From positions 53,414-117,413 of the forward strand of contig CAZMYL010000002.1 of the NCBI GenBank assembly GCA_964570505.1: DNA of 64,000 nucleotides, read 5' to 3'. A program made the translations under genes and the position numbers. The notes under the pieces were generated by a model. That model did not search any database, was not told where the DNA came from, and worked only from the letters and a program-made list of their open reading frames with translations. This DNA comes from an uncultured Pseudomonadota bacterium (lineage in GTDB: Bacteria; Babelota; Babeliae; Babelales; CAIQNR01). The stretch's first letter is position 1. Each line of letters starts with the position of its first letter. Shown here piece after piece: positions 37,410-46,492 of the stretch.

Positions 37410-37958
37410 TTAGCTAAAGTTAATCATTAAATAATCAAATTCTTTTGAAGAAGGTGTGCTTTTTTCAAAAACCTTCATAACTTTTTCTGTTGTTTCTAGA
37501 CCTTTATCTTTTTCTGAGCAACTTAAAAAATCTAAAGTTATTGGTTCGTTTTTTTCAAATTCTTGTATTCTTTCTTCACACAATTCAATAATTTTTTTTC
37601 GAATTGATTCAAATTTTTCTTGTGTAATGATGTTTGCAATAGACACATCTTTGTATTTAAGCTGAGAAACAAAATAAAAAAGTTCTTCTATATTGTTAAA
37701 ATTTTTAAATGTTTCACCCCAGTTTACAGATTGAGCGGCAGTTACTGTAGGTATCCATAAAAATAATCCAACAGCTCTGGTATATGCAGAATGTTTTGCA
37801 GCTATTTCTTTGCATGTACGTGCTTTTTCTTCTGAAGTCATTTTTAAAAAAGGATCTTTTTCTAATATTTGTGATAAGCGTTCATTAAGATTATTGCTTT
37901 TTATGGTAATTGTTATAAAAAACAAAGACATGCTTAATAGAAATATTTTTTTATTCAT
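37410..37958 (-). CDS. secreted protein, unknown function
   Basis: The ORF is 182 aa with the signal peptide MNKKIFLLSMSLFFITITIKS. I recognise no motif. Confidence 0.5.
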   Translation of the reverse strand: MNKKIFLLSMSLFFITITIKSNNLNERLSQILEKDPFLKMTSEEKARTCKEIAAKHSAYTRAVGLFLWIPTVTAAQSVNWGETFKNFNNIEELFYFVSQLKYKDVSIANIITQEKFESIRKKIIELCEERIQEFEKNEPITLDFLSCSEKDKGLETTEKVMKVFEKSTPSSKEFDYLMINFS

Positions 37959-38055
37959 AATTAATAAGCCCCACTAAGTTAATTATTTGATAATACTATA
38001 TTAGAATAAAGTAATTAATTTTCATGAAAAGTAAAGACGGAGACTTTTTCTAGGC

Positions 38056-39420
38056 TTATTTGCCTACGCAAAAGTCTTTAAAGATGGCATCCATTACTTG
38101 CTCGGTAACAGATTTTCCTGAAAGTTCAGAGAGTGTTGAAAGTGCGTGCTGAAGGTGTAGCGATATGAGCTCGTATTCACGATTTTTATAAAGTAATTCT
38201 TGAGCATAATTAAGCTCGGTAAGAAATGATTTTAGTAAATTGTAATGTCTTTTATTGAGTAAAAAAGATGAGTCCGTTTCTTCAAATAATGAATTTATTT
38301 TTTGATTGATTGTTTCTATTAAATCTTCAATGCCTTTTTTTGTTTTTGTTGATAGATGCAAGGACTTTTGATTGCTTTTTGGCCACAAAGCTTCATGTTT
38401 AAGATCAATTTTATTAGTAACAATAATACTTTTTGATGGATAAATATTTATAATATTCTGATATATAATTTCTTCTTGTGCTGTTGTTGTTCGAGACCCA
38501 TCTATAACAAGAATAATAATGTCAGCTGTTTGCGCTTCTTGATAACTGCGTTCAATTCCCTGTTGCTCAATATAATCATCTGTTTGTCGCAATCCTGCTG
38601 TGTCAATAATTGTCCAATAAAAACCATTTTTATAAAAACCTGCCTCAATACTATCTCTTGTTGTTCCTGCAATATTTGTAACAATTGCTCGCTCTTTCCC
38701 CAATAAGCTGTTAAAAAGCGATGATTTTCCTGCATTAACAGAACCAATCAAAGCAATTCTAATTCCTTCGCGGATTTGCTTTTGTTGATCAAAAAGATTT
38801 ATAAGTTCTGATGTTTTTTTATTAATACCAGAAAGAAGTTCTTTCATCTGTTCAGAAAAATCCATTTCTTCTTCTAAAAACTCAAAACTAGCTTCGCATA
38901 GGCCAATAGCTTGTATTAATTGTTTTTCTAAATTTTGAATATGATTGGAAAGGCTACCGCGAATTTGCTGAAGAGAAAGTTTTAAACTTTCCTGAGATTG
39001 TGCATGTATTAATTCTTTAATAGCTTCTGCTTTAAGAATATCAATTTTATTATTTTCTACAGCTTGTCGAGAAAATTCTCCAGCTTGAGCAAGTCGAGCT
39101 CCGGATTGAATTGCTCGTTCTATGATGTTTTCAATGATAAATGGATTATTGTGACAAGAAATTTCTACCGTATGCTCACCGGTAAATGTTTTTGGAGCAT
39201 GCATAACAAGAAATAAAACTTCATCTATTTTTTTGTTATGAGAGTCAATCACCCATCCATGATTAATTGTATGTGAATTTACGTCAAAAAGATTTTTTCC
39301 AGAAGAGAGCTGTGCAATATGAGATGTAATAATAAGTGCTTGCGCTCCTGAAATACGAATAAGCGCTAGTGCTCCTACTCCTGAAGGTGTACATTGAGCA
39401 ACGATAGTGTCCGTAATCAT
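38056..39420 (-). CDS. mnmE: tRNA modification GTPase MnmE
   Basis: The ORF is 454 aa. It has the G-domain motifs GSVNAGKSSL and DTAG, and the hallmark C-terminal FCVGK. Confidence 0.95.
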   Translation of the reverse strand: MITDTIVAQCTPSGVGALALIRISGAQALIITSHIAQLSSGKNLFDVNSHTINHGWVIDSHNKKIDEVLFLVMHAPKTFTGEHTVEISCHNNPFIIENIIERAIQSGARLAQAGEFSRQAVENNKIDILKAEAIKELIHAQSQESLKLSLQQIRGSLSNHIQNLEKQLIQAIGLCEASFEFLEEEMDFSEQMKELLSGINKKTSELINLFDQQKQIREGIRIALIGSVNAGKSSLFNSLLGKERAIVTNIAGTTRDSIEAGFYKNGFYWTIIDTAGLRQTDDYIEQQGIERSYQEAQTADIIILVIDGSRTTTAQEEIIYQNIINIYPSKSIIVTNKIDLKHEALWPKSNQKSLHLSTKTKKGIEDLIETINQKINSLFEETDSSFLLNKRHYNLLKSFLTELNYAQELLYKNREYELISLHLQHALSTLSELSGKSVTEQVMDAIFKDFCVGK

Positions 39421-39454
39421 AACAAAAGCACTTATATTAAAATGATTAAACTTT

Positions 39455-40255
39455 TTATTCTGATGTTTTTTTAATTTCTACTGGTTCAGTTGGCTTGCTA
39501 CTTACATAACGTCTACTTGATACTTTAAGAACTTTTCGTTGTGTTTGTCCTATAGGTATTGTCATTACTGGACGTTCTTGTGGAGTATTTTGAGTTTGTG
39601 TAGGAGCTGAATGTTCTGACATAATTATTTCAGAATTTGGATATGGCTGAACAAGAGGCTCTTTATAGTTTTTGTCGGAATGGTCAGAAGGTGTTTTCTG
39701 AGATCTTTGCGTATTTTTATCATTCTGACGACGACTTGATAATCTGTCGTTTTTATGATCATTTTTTTTAGCAAAGTCTCTGTTCTTTTCTCTGATATAT
39801 CGACCATTTTCATTTTTATTTTCATGATTATTATCAGAACGATTTTCTGTTCTATTATCACTAGCTTCTAAATGATCTTCTGAAAAACGGTGTTGTTTTT
39901 GATTTTGACGATAATTTGTTTTTGGTTCTTGAGAAGTATTTCTTGGTGAGCGATCTGCCCGTTCTGAATTTTCAACTCCACGTTCTAGTCTATTTGTATA
40001 AGAACCAGATTGATTTTTGTGTGAGCGGCTATTTCGATTATCTTGTCCGTAATGGCGACGGTCTTGTGATTTTGCAAACTCTTCTTCGAAAAAAATTCCA
40101 ACCTTTGCAGATTTTTTAGTAAATCCTAAAAAGTTTTTTTCGCCTGTTTCATAAATTTTTACAGAGAATGATGATGGTTTTCCTGCGCGTTCCCATGCTT
40201 TTTCTATAGCTTTAGCGATAGATGATGCTTCTTCAACCAATGATTTCATTTTCAA
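39455..40255 (-). CDS. Jag-N-domain protein with a long disordered basic tail (no recognisable KH/R3H)
   Basis: The ORF is 266 aa. The first 60 aa or so (VEEASSIAKAIEKAWERAGKPSSFSVKIYETGEKNFLGF) resemble the Jag/KhpB N-terminal domain. The rest is an R/N/D/K/Q/S-rich low-complexity region. The position upstream of mnmE matches the usual jag-mnmE order. Confidence 0.6.
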   Translation of the reverse strand: MKMKSLVEEASSIAKAIEKAWERAGKPSSFSVKIYETGEKNFLGFTKKSAKVGIFFEEEFAKSQDRRHYGQDNRNSRSHKNQSGSYTNRLERGVENSERADRSPRNTSQEPKTNYRQNQKQHRFSEDHLEASDNRTENRSDNNHENKNENGRYIREKNRDFAKKNDHKNDRLSSRRQNDKNTQRSQKTPSDHSDKNYKEPLVQPYPNSEIIMSEHSAPTQTQNTPQERPVMTIPIGQTQRKVLKVSSRRYVSSKPTEPVEIKKTSE

Positions 40256-40479
40256 TTAGCCTTTCGTTTCTCTCAACATTAACGTATTTTTGAGTCATTC
40301 ACCATGTCAGTAGTATAACAAAATGGTAAATATATAGTAAATAAAGTATGGATTAGATGATTTTTAAGCTTATCTTAAAACTTTCTTTGTTTTGTTTCGA
40401 TAAGGGTTTTCCATTTGGAAGCCCTATTTCTTTCTGTAGGAATTTATTCAGAAAGAAAGCCAATTTATCTAAAATAAAT

Positions 40480-40555
40480 TGGAGCGGAAGACGGGATTCG
40501 AACCCGCGACCTTTGCCATGGCAAGGCAACGCTCTACCAGCTGAGCTACTTCCGC
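40480..40555 (-). tRNA. tRNA-Gly (anticodon GCC), CCA encoded
   Basis: The 76-nt cloverleaf was folded by hand: acceptor gcggaag/cttccgc, D arm gctc-agctggta-gagc, anticodon stem ttgcc/ggcaa with loop ttGCCat, T arm gcggg-ttcgaat-cccgt, discriminator t, then cca. Confidence 0.95.
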
Positions 40556-40668
40556 ATACAAATATGTGCTTAAAACTAACATATGGCACGTATTTGTCAA
40601 CGTTTTGAAATAGTTGTGTATAGTAAAAGCTGAAATTTTTAAAAATATAAGAAAGTATAGGAGTTTAT

Positions 40669-41271
40669 ATGTTTTCATACGTTACAGGAAAAGTTATGAC
40701 TATATCTGAAGGAGCTATAACAATAGATATTTTTGGCTGCGGACTTCAATTTGCCGTTCCAAATGAATCAATTTTTAAAGAAAAAGAATCAATCCATCTT
40801 TATGTTTATATGCATTGGAATAGCGAAAATGGACCAGCTTTATTTGGTTTTTCTTCTGAATTAGAAAAAAAAATATTTTTATTATTGATTAGTTGTTCTG
40901 GAATTGGCCCTAAAATGGCTCTTGCTGTGCTTGAACACCTTCCCCCTGCTTTGCTTGTTAAGGCAATACAAGAAAATGATGAAAAAGCGCTAAGCAGTGT
41001 AAGTGGTATTGGGGTTAAAAAAGCAGAGCAAATTATTGTTCAATTACGTCATAAACTTCCTAAGCTTCTTGAATCTGGCATCATTATTGATGAATCGCAG
41101 ATATCTAACATTCATGAACTAAAAAATATTGCACAAGTGCTTGAGTCTTTGCATTACTCAAAAAGCGAGATAGATATGGCTCTGAATTATATAAAAAAAG
41201 AGAGTCCTCAAAATGCTCATTTCGATCTTCTTGTAAGGCAAGCATTATCATTTTTAGCAAAGCGTGTATAA
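40669..41271 (+). CDS. ruvA: Holliday junction branch-migration protein RuvA
   Basis: The ORF is 200 aa. It has the N-terminal OB domain MFSYVTGKV and the HhH motifs ISCSGIGPKMALAVL and VSGIGVKKAEQII. No ruvB follows. Confidence 0.9.
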   Translation: MFSYVTGKVMTISEGAITIDIFGCGLQFAVPNESIFKEKESIHLYVYMHWNSENGPALFGFSSELEKKIFLLLISCSGIGPKMALAVLEHLPPALLVKAIQENDEKALSSVSGIGVKKAEQIIVQLRHKLPKLLESGIIIDESQISNIHELKNIAQVLESLHYSKSEIDMALNYIKKESPQNAHFDLLVRQALSFLAKRV

Positions 41272-41317
41272 CTAACACTAAATTCTAACAATATTTAATA
41301 TAAAAAGGTGAATAAGA

Positions 41318-42631
41318 ATGGTTTCTAATTTTCTTTATAATGTTTGTTCTCGTATTGATGATTTTTTCATACTACCATCACTTTTTATGTTTTTGAGTAT
41401 TGGCATCTTTCTTACTTTTAAAACAAAATTTGTTCAATTAAGGGTTTTTCCTAGATTTTTTCATTTACTTTCAAAAGGAGTTAAACATAAGCATTCATCT
41501 GACGAAAAATCTATTAACCCTTTTCATGCTCTTTTAACTTCTATGGCAACAACAATAGGAATGGGTAATATTGTAGGACCAACAATTGCTATAAGTACAG
41601 GAGGTCCAGGAGCTCTTTTTTGGCTTTTGAGTTATTCTTTTTTTGGATCTGTTATCAAATTTACTGAAGTATCTTTTGCTATAAATTTTAGAACTCAATT
41701 AAAATCAGGTGTTTTAATTGGAGGCCCTACTCAATATCTTAAACAAGTGAATAGTTTTTTAGCATCATGGTATGGATTTATTACGGTCTTTTTATTTGCA
41801 GGATGGTCTGGACTTCAAGCAAATACCTTAGCAACTATTTTTGCCTTGGAATCTGTGCCAAAAAGCATTACAGGAGTTGCTTTGGCAACGGTTGTATTTT
41901 TAGTTGTTAGAGGAGGGATTGTTCGTATTGGCGAAATTGCAAGTAAGTTAGTTCCCTTGATGTTTGTTATGTATGTTACATTTACTTTAAGTATTATTCT
42001 TACTGATATTGCTGCATTGTGGAATTCTTTATGTTTAGTATGTTCCTGTGCATTTTCCTCAACTGCTGCAGTTGGAGGTTTTGCAGGAGCATCTGTTATT
42101 TCAGCAATGAGGCAAGGAATTAATAGAAATATTTATATTACAGAAGCAGGGCTTGGAACTTCTAGCATAGCTCATTCAATGGCAGATACAAAGTATGCAT
42201 CTGATCAAGCAATTTTAGCGATGTATTCTATTGTTGCTGATACATTTTTGATGGCACTTTCTGGACTTTTAATTTTAGTTACTGGTGTATGGAATCGTGG
42301 TGCTTTTAGTAATACATTGGTCTATGAGATTTTTAAAACATATTCGCCTGGTATTGGTAAATGGGTGTTGCTTGCAAGTGTAATGTTATTTGTTTTAACG
42401 ACAGTAATAGGCAATAGTTTTAATGCTAGTCAAAGTTTTGCATCATTAACAAAATATCGTTTTATGAATTGGTACTATCTATTTTTAGCTGCTGTTATTG
42501 TACTTGGTGCTTATGCGCAGGTTCCTCTTGTATGGAAAATTATGGATGTTATGCAGATTATGGTTGCCATTCCACATATTATCGGATTGTTTATTTTAAG
42601 TACTAAGCGAAGCGATGTTTTAAATATTTAA
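41318..42631 (+). CDS. alanine/glycine:cation symporter (AGCS family)
   Basis: The ORF is 437 aa and polytopic. The motifs are SMATTIGMGNIVGPTIAISTGGPGALFW and ITEAGLGTSSIAHS. Confidence 0.85.
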   Translation: MVSNFLYNVCSRIDDFFILPSLFMFLSIGIFLTFKTKFVQLRVFPRFFHLLSKGVKHKHSSDEKSINPFHALLTSMATTIGMGNIVGPTIAISTGGPGALFWLLSYSFFGSVIKFTEVSFAINFRTQLKSGVLIGGPTQYLKQVNSFLASWYGFITVFLFAGWSGLQANTLATIFALESVPKSITGVALATVVFLVVRGGIVRIGEIASKLVPLMFVMYVTFTLSIILTDIAALWNSLCLVCSCAFSSTAAVGGFAGASVISAMRQGINRNIYITEAGLGTSSIAHSMADTKYASDQAILAMYSIVADTFLMALSGLLILVTGVWNRGAFSNTLVYEIFKTYSPGIGKWVLLASVMLFVLTTVIGNSFNASQSFASLTKYRFMNWYYLFLAAVIVLGAYAQVPLVWKIMDVMQIMVAIPHIIGLFILSTKRSDVLNI

Positions 42632-42985
42632 TTATTTGTTAACAATAGCAATATTAGGTCTACTTTCTGAGTGATTCGAATTTTTCTCCCCTTCAAGGGT
42701 TGTTTTTAAAAACATTCGATCTAATGTGTTTTGACTTGCTCGTCCTGCTATTATAACTTCTTTGCGTGCATTTTCTGTGCTAGCTCCATCTTCATCTATT
42801 ACTTCATTAAACCTTTGTACTGCGCGTAAAATTTTTTCTGTATCAGCTTCAAATTTTCTTGATAAGGATTGATCGGCAGTTTTTATATCAATCAAGATAA
42901 AAATAACTAAAAATAGATACAGCGTTTTATTTTTTATGAGCTGTTCTTTTTTAAGTAGAAGAATAAAGACATTTTTAATATTCAT
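42632..42985 (-). CDS. small secreted/membrane-anchored protein, unknown function
   Basis: The ORF is 117 aa with an N-terminal hydrophobic segment (LYLFLVIFILIDI). It abuts the converging AGCS gene with no gap. Confidence 0.4.
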   Translation of the reverse strand: MNIKNVFILLLKKEQLIKNKTLYLFLVIFILIDIKTADQSLSRKFEADTEKILRAVQRFNEVIDEDGASTENARKEVIIAGRASQNTLDRMFLKTTLEGEKNSNHSESRPNIAIVNK

Positions 42986-43065
42986 GCTTATAATCCTTTG
43001 TCTAATAAATGAATAGTAAAAATGATTATCTTATAAGATGACTTAAAAAATATAGAGATTGAAAA

Positions 43066-45267
43066 TTATAAATTTTCAATCTCTGAAATTTTAACATTAT
43101 TTAGTGACAGATTTAAGCTATGCTTTTCAAAACCAAGGTTTACAATTTTATCAATCAATTCCATAGGTTTAATTCCAACCTCTGCGGCTTGGTGAAAAAG
43201 ACAAGTTGCAGGAGTAAGTGCCGGAAGTGAATTAATTTCTAAAATAACAACACGATCTTTTTTTGTAGGACTTTGTTCTGCTGTTTGATAAAAACAGTCA
43301 ATTCGTGCATATCCAGAGCATTGAGCTGCAATATAAACTTGCTCAATTATTTTTTTTACATAGTTCAAAATTTCATTTGAAAGTGGGGCAGGAGTTTGAT
43401 TTTCTCCCGCTCCTGGTAAAAATTTTTCTTCGATACTTAATATTCCATTACTTGCAACAGCTTGGCTTGGAGGAAGAGCTTGTACATTACTTCCATTTCC
43501 TATTACACCTACTGTTAATTCCATGCCTACTATACATTCTTCTATAAGCGCAAAATCTTTGTTGTGAGCAAATATTGATTCAATAGCATGTACAAGTTCT
43601 TCTTGGTTCTTTGCTTTTGAAACCATTACGCTGCATCCATCATCATGAGGTTTTATGATAAAAGGGAAATTGATTGTTTTTTGAATATTATCAAGGATTT
43701 CTATTTTATTATTATTCCATTCAGTATTTTTAATAAGTATTCCTTGAGGAACATCAAAACCTTCAGATTTTAAGAAAGAAGTTGTTTCATATTTATTCAT
43801 AGCAAGAGCGCTTGCAAGAACAGACGATCCATTGTAAGGGATTTTTAATGTTTCTAGCATGCCTTGAACTGCTCCATTTTCACCAAGGCCTCCATGAAGG
43901 CCAATAAAAATAAAATCAAATTTTTCAGGCAGCGATGCCCAGCTTATTTTTGATGATCTATCAAGATCATATTCTATTTCTGCTGTTGTATTATGAACAA
44001 GCAATTTTTGATTCAGCGGATAAATATCCATTTTAGAGTCAAGAAAGAGGGGGGTTGTTTCATATTTTTCTGGAGAAAGCTTGTAGCAAACATTTCTTCC
44101 AGAATTCAATGATGTTTCTTTTTCATTAGATGCTCCTCCAAGAAGCACTCCAATGCGTATTTTTTTATTAAACGTTGTGTTCATAGACTCTTTTTTATTG
44201 CTTGAAGTGAAACCCTTATAGTTTTTAAATTCACTTTCAATTAAATAATTAATAATTTCTGTGTGACTCATATTAAGTTGGGCTGCTTGATTAAAAAAGA
44301 AGCTTGAAGGAGACATTCCGCAGAGCGTATTAGGATCAATGATTACAATTGACCCATCCTTTTTTAAAAAGCCATCAATTCTGGATATTGTGGAAAAATG
44401 AAGAGCCTTCATAACAGAAAGGCATGTTTCTTGAATGTTTAAAATGTCTTTTTGAGAGCATCGCGCAGGTGTATATTTTTGAGCATAGCCAGGCATATAT
44501 TTATGCTCATAATCAAGTATATACGAATCTTTATTAAGGGTTAATTCTGTTGGAGGGAGCGCTAAAATTTTCCCCGTTTCTGGATGTACTAATGTTACAC
44601 AGGTGAACTCCATTCCTTCAATTTTTTCTTCTATTAAAACTGGTTGCGGGTTGTAAGGATCTATGAACATTGCATATTGTACATTAGTTAACAAATCTTT
44701 TGCATTTAATACGATGCTAACTCCCAAACTTGATCCTTCTTGGCATGGTTTTATGATAACAGGAAATTGTAGGTTTTGTTCTTTTAAAAGTTTTAAAAGG
44801 TTTGATTCTGAAAGTTTTTGTGGCTCTATTGTTATTGATTGTGGAGTAGCAATCTTATGAGACTTGAGTACTTTTTTTTGAATTGATTTATTCATACCTA
44901 AAGCGCTGCCAAAAATTTTTGAACCTAGATAAGGAATGTTTAAAACTTCAAGTAAGCCTTGCAAGCATCCATCTTCTGCATAGCGGCCATGTTGGGCTAT
45001 GTATATAAAATCAACATAGTTTTTAAGATCATCCCAAGTTATTAATGTTGCCTCTGTGTGCAGTCTATGTTCAAAATCTTTTATTTTTCCTCGATATAAA
45101 AAATTCCATGGTAAAAGATAAAGTTTATTATCTTGAGACTGGAAAAGTGGAATTGCATTATAACGGGTTGTATCAAGATGATCACAAATAGTTCTTCCTG
45201 AGCTTAAAGATACTTCTTTTTCAATTGACATTCCGCCCATTAAGACGCCGATTTTTGCTATATGCAT
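43066..45267 (-). CDS. ddl: tandem D-alanine--D-alanine ligase fusion (Ddl-Ddl)
   Basis: The ORF is 733 aa and contains two complete Ddl modules. Module 1 has IGVLMGGMSIEKEVSLSSG ... QEGSSLG ... DYEHKY ... SRIDGF ... DPNT. Module 2 has IGVLLGGASNEKETSLNSG ... DDGCSVM ... SIEEKF ... ARIDCF ... LEINS. Confidence 0.85.
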   Translation of the reverse strand: MHIAKIGVLMGGMSIEKEVSLSSGRTICDHLDTTRYNAIPLFQSQDNKLYLLPWNFLYRGKIKDFEHRLHTEATLITWDDLKNYVDFIYIAQHGRYAEDGCLQGLLEVLNIPYLGSKIFGSALGMNKSIQKKVLKSHKIATPQSITIEPQKLSESNLLKLLKEQNLQFPVIIKPCQEGSSLGVSIVLNAKDLLTNVQYAMFIDPYNPQPVLIEEKIEGMEFTCVTLVHPETGKILALPPTELTLNKDSYILDYEHKYMPGYAQKYTPARCSQKDILNIQETCLSVMKALHFSTISRIDGFLKKDGSIVIIDPNTLCGMSPSSFFFNQAAQLNMSHTEIINYLIESEFKNYKGFTSSNKKESMNTTFNKKIRIGVLLGGASNEKETSLNSGRNVCYKLSPEKYETTPLFLDSKMDIYPLNQKLLVHNTTAEIEYDLDRSSKISWASLPEKFDFIFIGLHGGLGENGAVQGMLETLKIPYNGSSVLASALAMNKYETTSFLKSEGFDVPQGILIKNTEWNNNKIEILDNIQKTINFPFIIKPHDDGCSVMVSKAKNQEELVHAIESIFAHNKDFALIEECIVGMELTVGVIGNGSNVQALPPSQAVASNGILSIEEKFLPGAGENQTPAPLSNEILNYVKKIIEQVYIAAQCSGYARIDCFYQTAEQSPTKKDRVVILEINSLPALTPATCLFHQAAEVGIKPMELIDKIVNLGFEKHSLNLSLNNVKISEIENL

Positions 45268-45384
45268 ATAAAGACAACCCCGTAATAATTTAAATTATAG
45301 AAGTTATAGTATAGCTAAAAAAACAATAGATTTTAAAATTTATCTGATTTTTTAAAAACAATTAATGTATTTTATAAATATCAT

Positions 45385-45819
45385 TTGATAAAGGCATTTT
45401 ATTCTATTATAATTTCTATTATGATTTTATCGCTTCTGGTGAAGGTTGTTTTTGATGTTAAAAATGCGGGTATTATTTTTGACTATTTTTTTGAAGTTTT
45501 TTCATATTCTTATCAAGAGCGTATTGCTTGCTCGTGTCAAAATACTGAAGAACTGAAAAAATCATTCTTATATACTTTTCATAGATATAGCTCTTCTGTT
45601 GAAGAGAATATGTTTATTGATAGTATGTTAGGCATACATTCTACTAACACTTTATTTGAAATTAAGCCTCTTCCTATTTTAAATAAAAATAAAGATCGCT
45701 TTTCAAATCGCAACATTTTAAATGATTTTTTTAAAATGTTAGCAGTGGTTCGAAAGTCTTATTTTTCTTTATTAGGAAAAGCGGGGCCTGACTTGTTTAT
45801 TTTATTTAAAAAACAATAA
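45385..45819 (+). CDS. hypothetical membrane-anchored protein
   Basis: The ORF is 144 aa with a TTG start (an alternative ATG is at 45421) and an N-terminal hydrophobic segment. I recognise no motif. Confidence 0.35.
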   Translation: MIKAFYSIIISIMILSLLVKVVFDVKNAGIIFDYFFEVFSYSYQERIACSCQNTEELKKSFLYTFHRYSSSVEENMFIDSMLGIHSTNTLFEIKPLPILNKNKDRFSNRNILNDFFKMLAVVRKSYFSLLGKAGPDLFILFKKQ

Positions 45820-45944
45820 AAATTTAAAATTAACTTTTGATCATTTTTTTATTAATTGAAGAATAAAAGATTTTTTCTATACATATTTTTTAAAAAATTA
45901 TAATTTTTGTTTTATATAAATAAATTCTTTTTAAGAAAGAGAAA

Positions 45945-46487
45945 ATGTTAAGAAATGATCTTTTAGTTTGGATTGATCTTGAAATGACGGGCCTTAACCC
46001 TCAATATGATGTTATACTTGAGATAGCAGTTGTTGTTACAGACAATAATCTAGATATTATAGCGCAAGGCCCTGATCTTATTATTCATCAACCTGAAGAG
46101 GTGATGAATAGCATGCAGGATTATGTAAAAAATATGCATACTTTATCAGGTTTGTACGCTCAAGTGCTTTCTTCAAAAATTTCTACCCCTGATGCTCAGG
46201 ATCAGGTTCTCAATTTTCTTAAAAAATATTGCATGCCAGGCACTGCTTTATTATGTGGTAATTCTGTTTGGATGGATAAAGCTTTTTTATCAATGTATAT
46301 GCCAGAGCTTTATAATTTTTTTCATTATAGAATTCTTGATGTTAGCACGCTTAAAGAGCTTGCTAAGCGCTGGTATCCTGATCAAAAATTAAATATTACA
46401 AGCAAAAGCGAAAGCCATCGAGCATTGGAAGATATTTTAGAATCTCTTGAAGAGATGAAACACTATAAAAAAAATATTTTTAAATAA
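45945..46487 (+). CDS. orn: oligoribonuclease
   Basis: The ORF is 180 aa. It has the DEDDh exonuclease pattern: LVWIDLEMTGL, GNSVWMDKAFL and HRALEDI. Confidence 0.9.
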   Translation: MLRNDLLVWIDLEMTGLNPQYDVILEIAVVVTDNNLDIIAQGPDLIIHQPEEVMNSMQDYVKNMHTLSGLYAQVLSSKISTPDAQDQVLNFLKKYCMPGTALLCGNSVWMDKAFLSMYMPELYNFFHYRILDVSTLKELAKRWYPDQKLNITSKSESHRALEDILESLEEMKHYKKNIFK

Positions 46488-46492
46488 ATTTA

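Noticed and set aside
39625-40119. ORFs on both strands within the jag-like low-complexity region.
   Set aside because: They overlap the longer ORF whose N-terminal domain and synteny with mnmE support it. These ORFs are products of repetitive composition.
40353-40678. Three ORFs (78, 83 and 69 aa) on both strands around 40480-40555.
   Set aside because: They are translations of the tRNA-Gly gene and its flanks. The tRNA cloverleaf explains the region.
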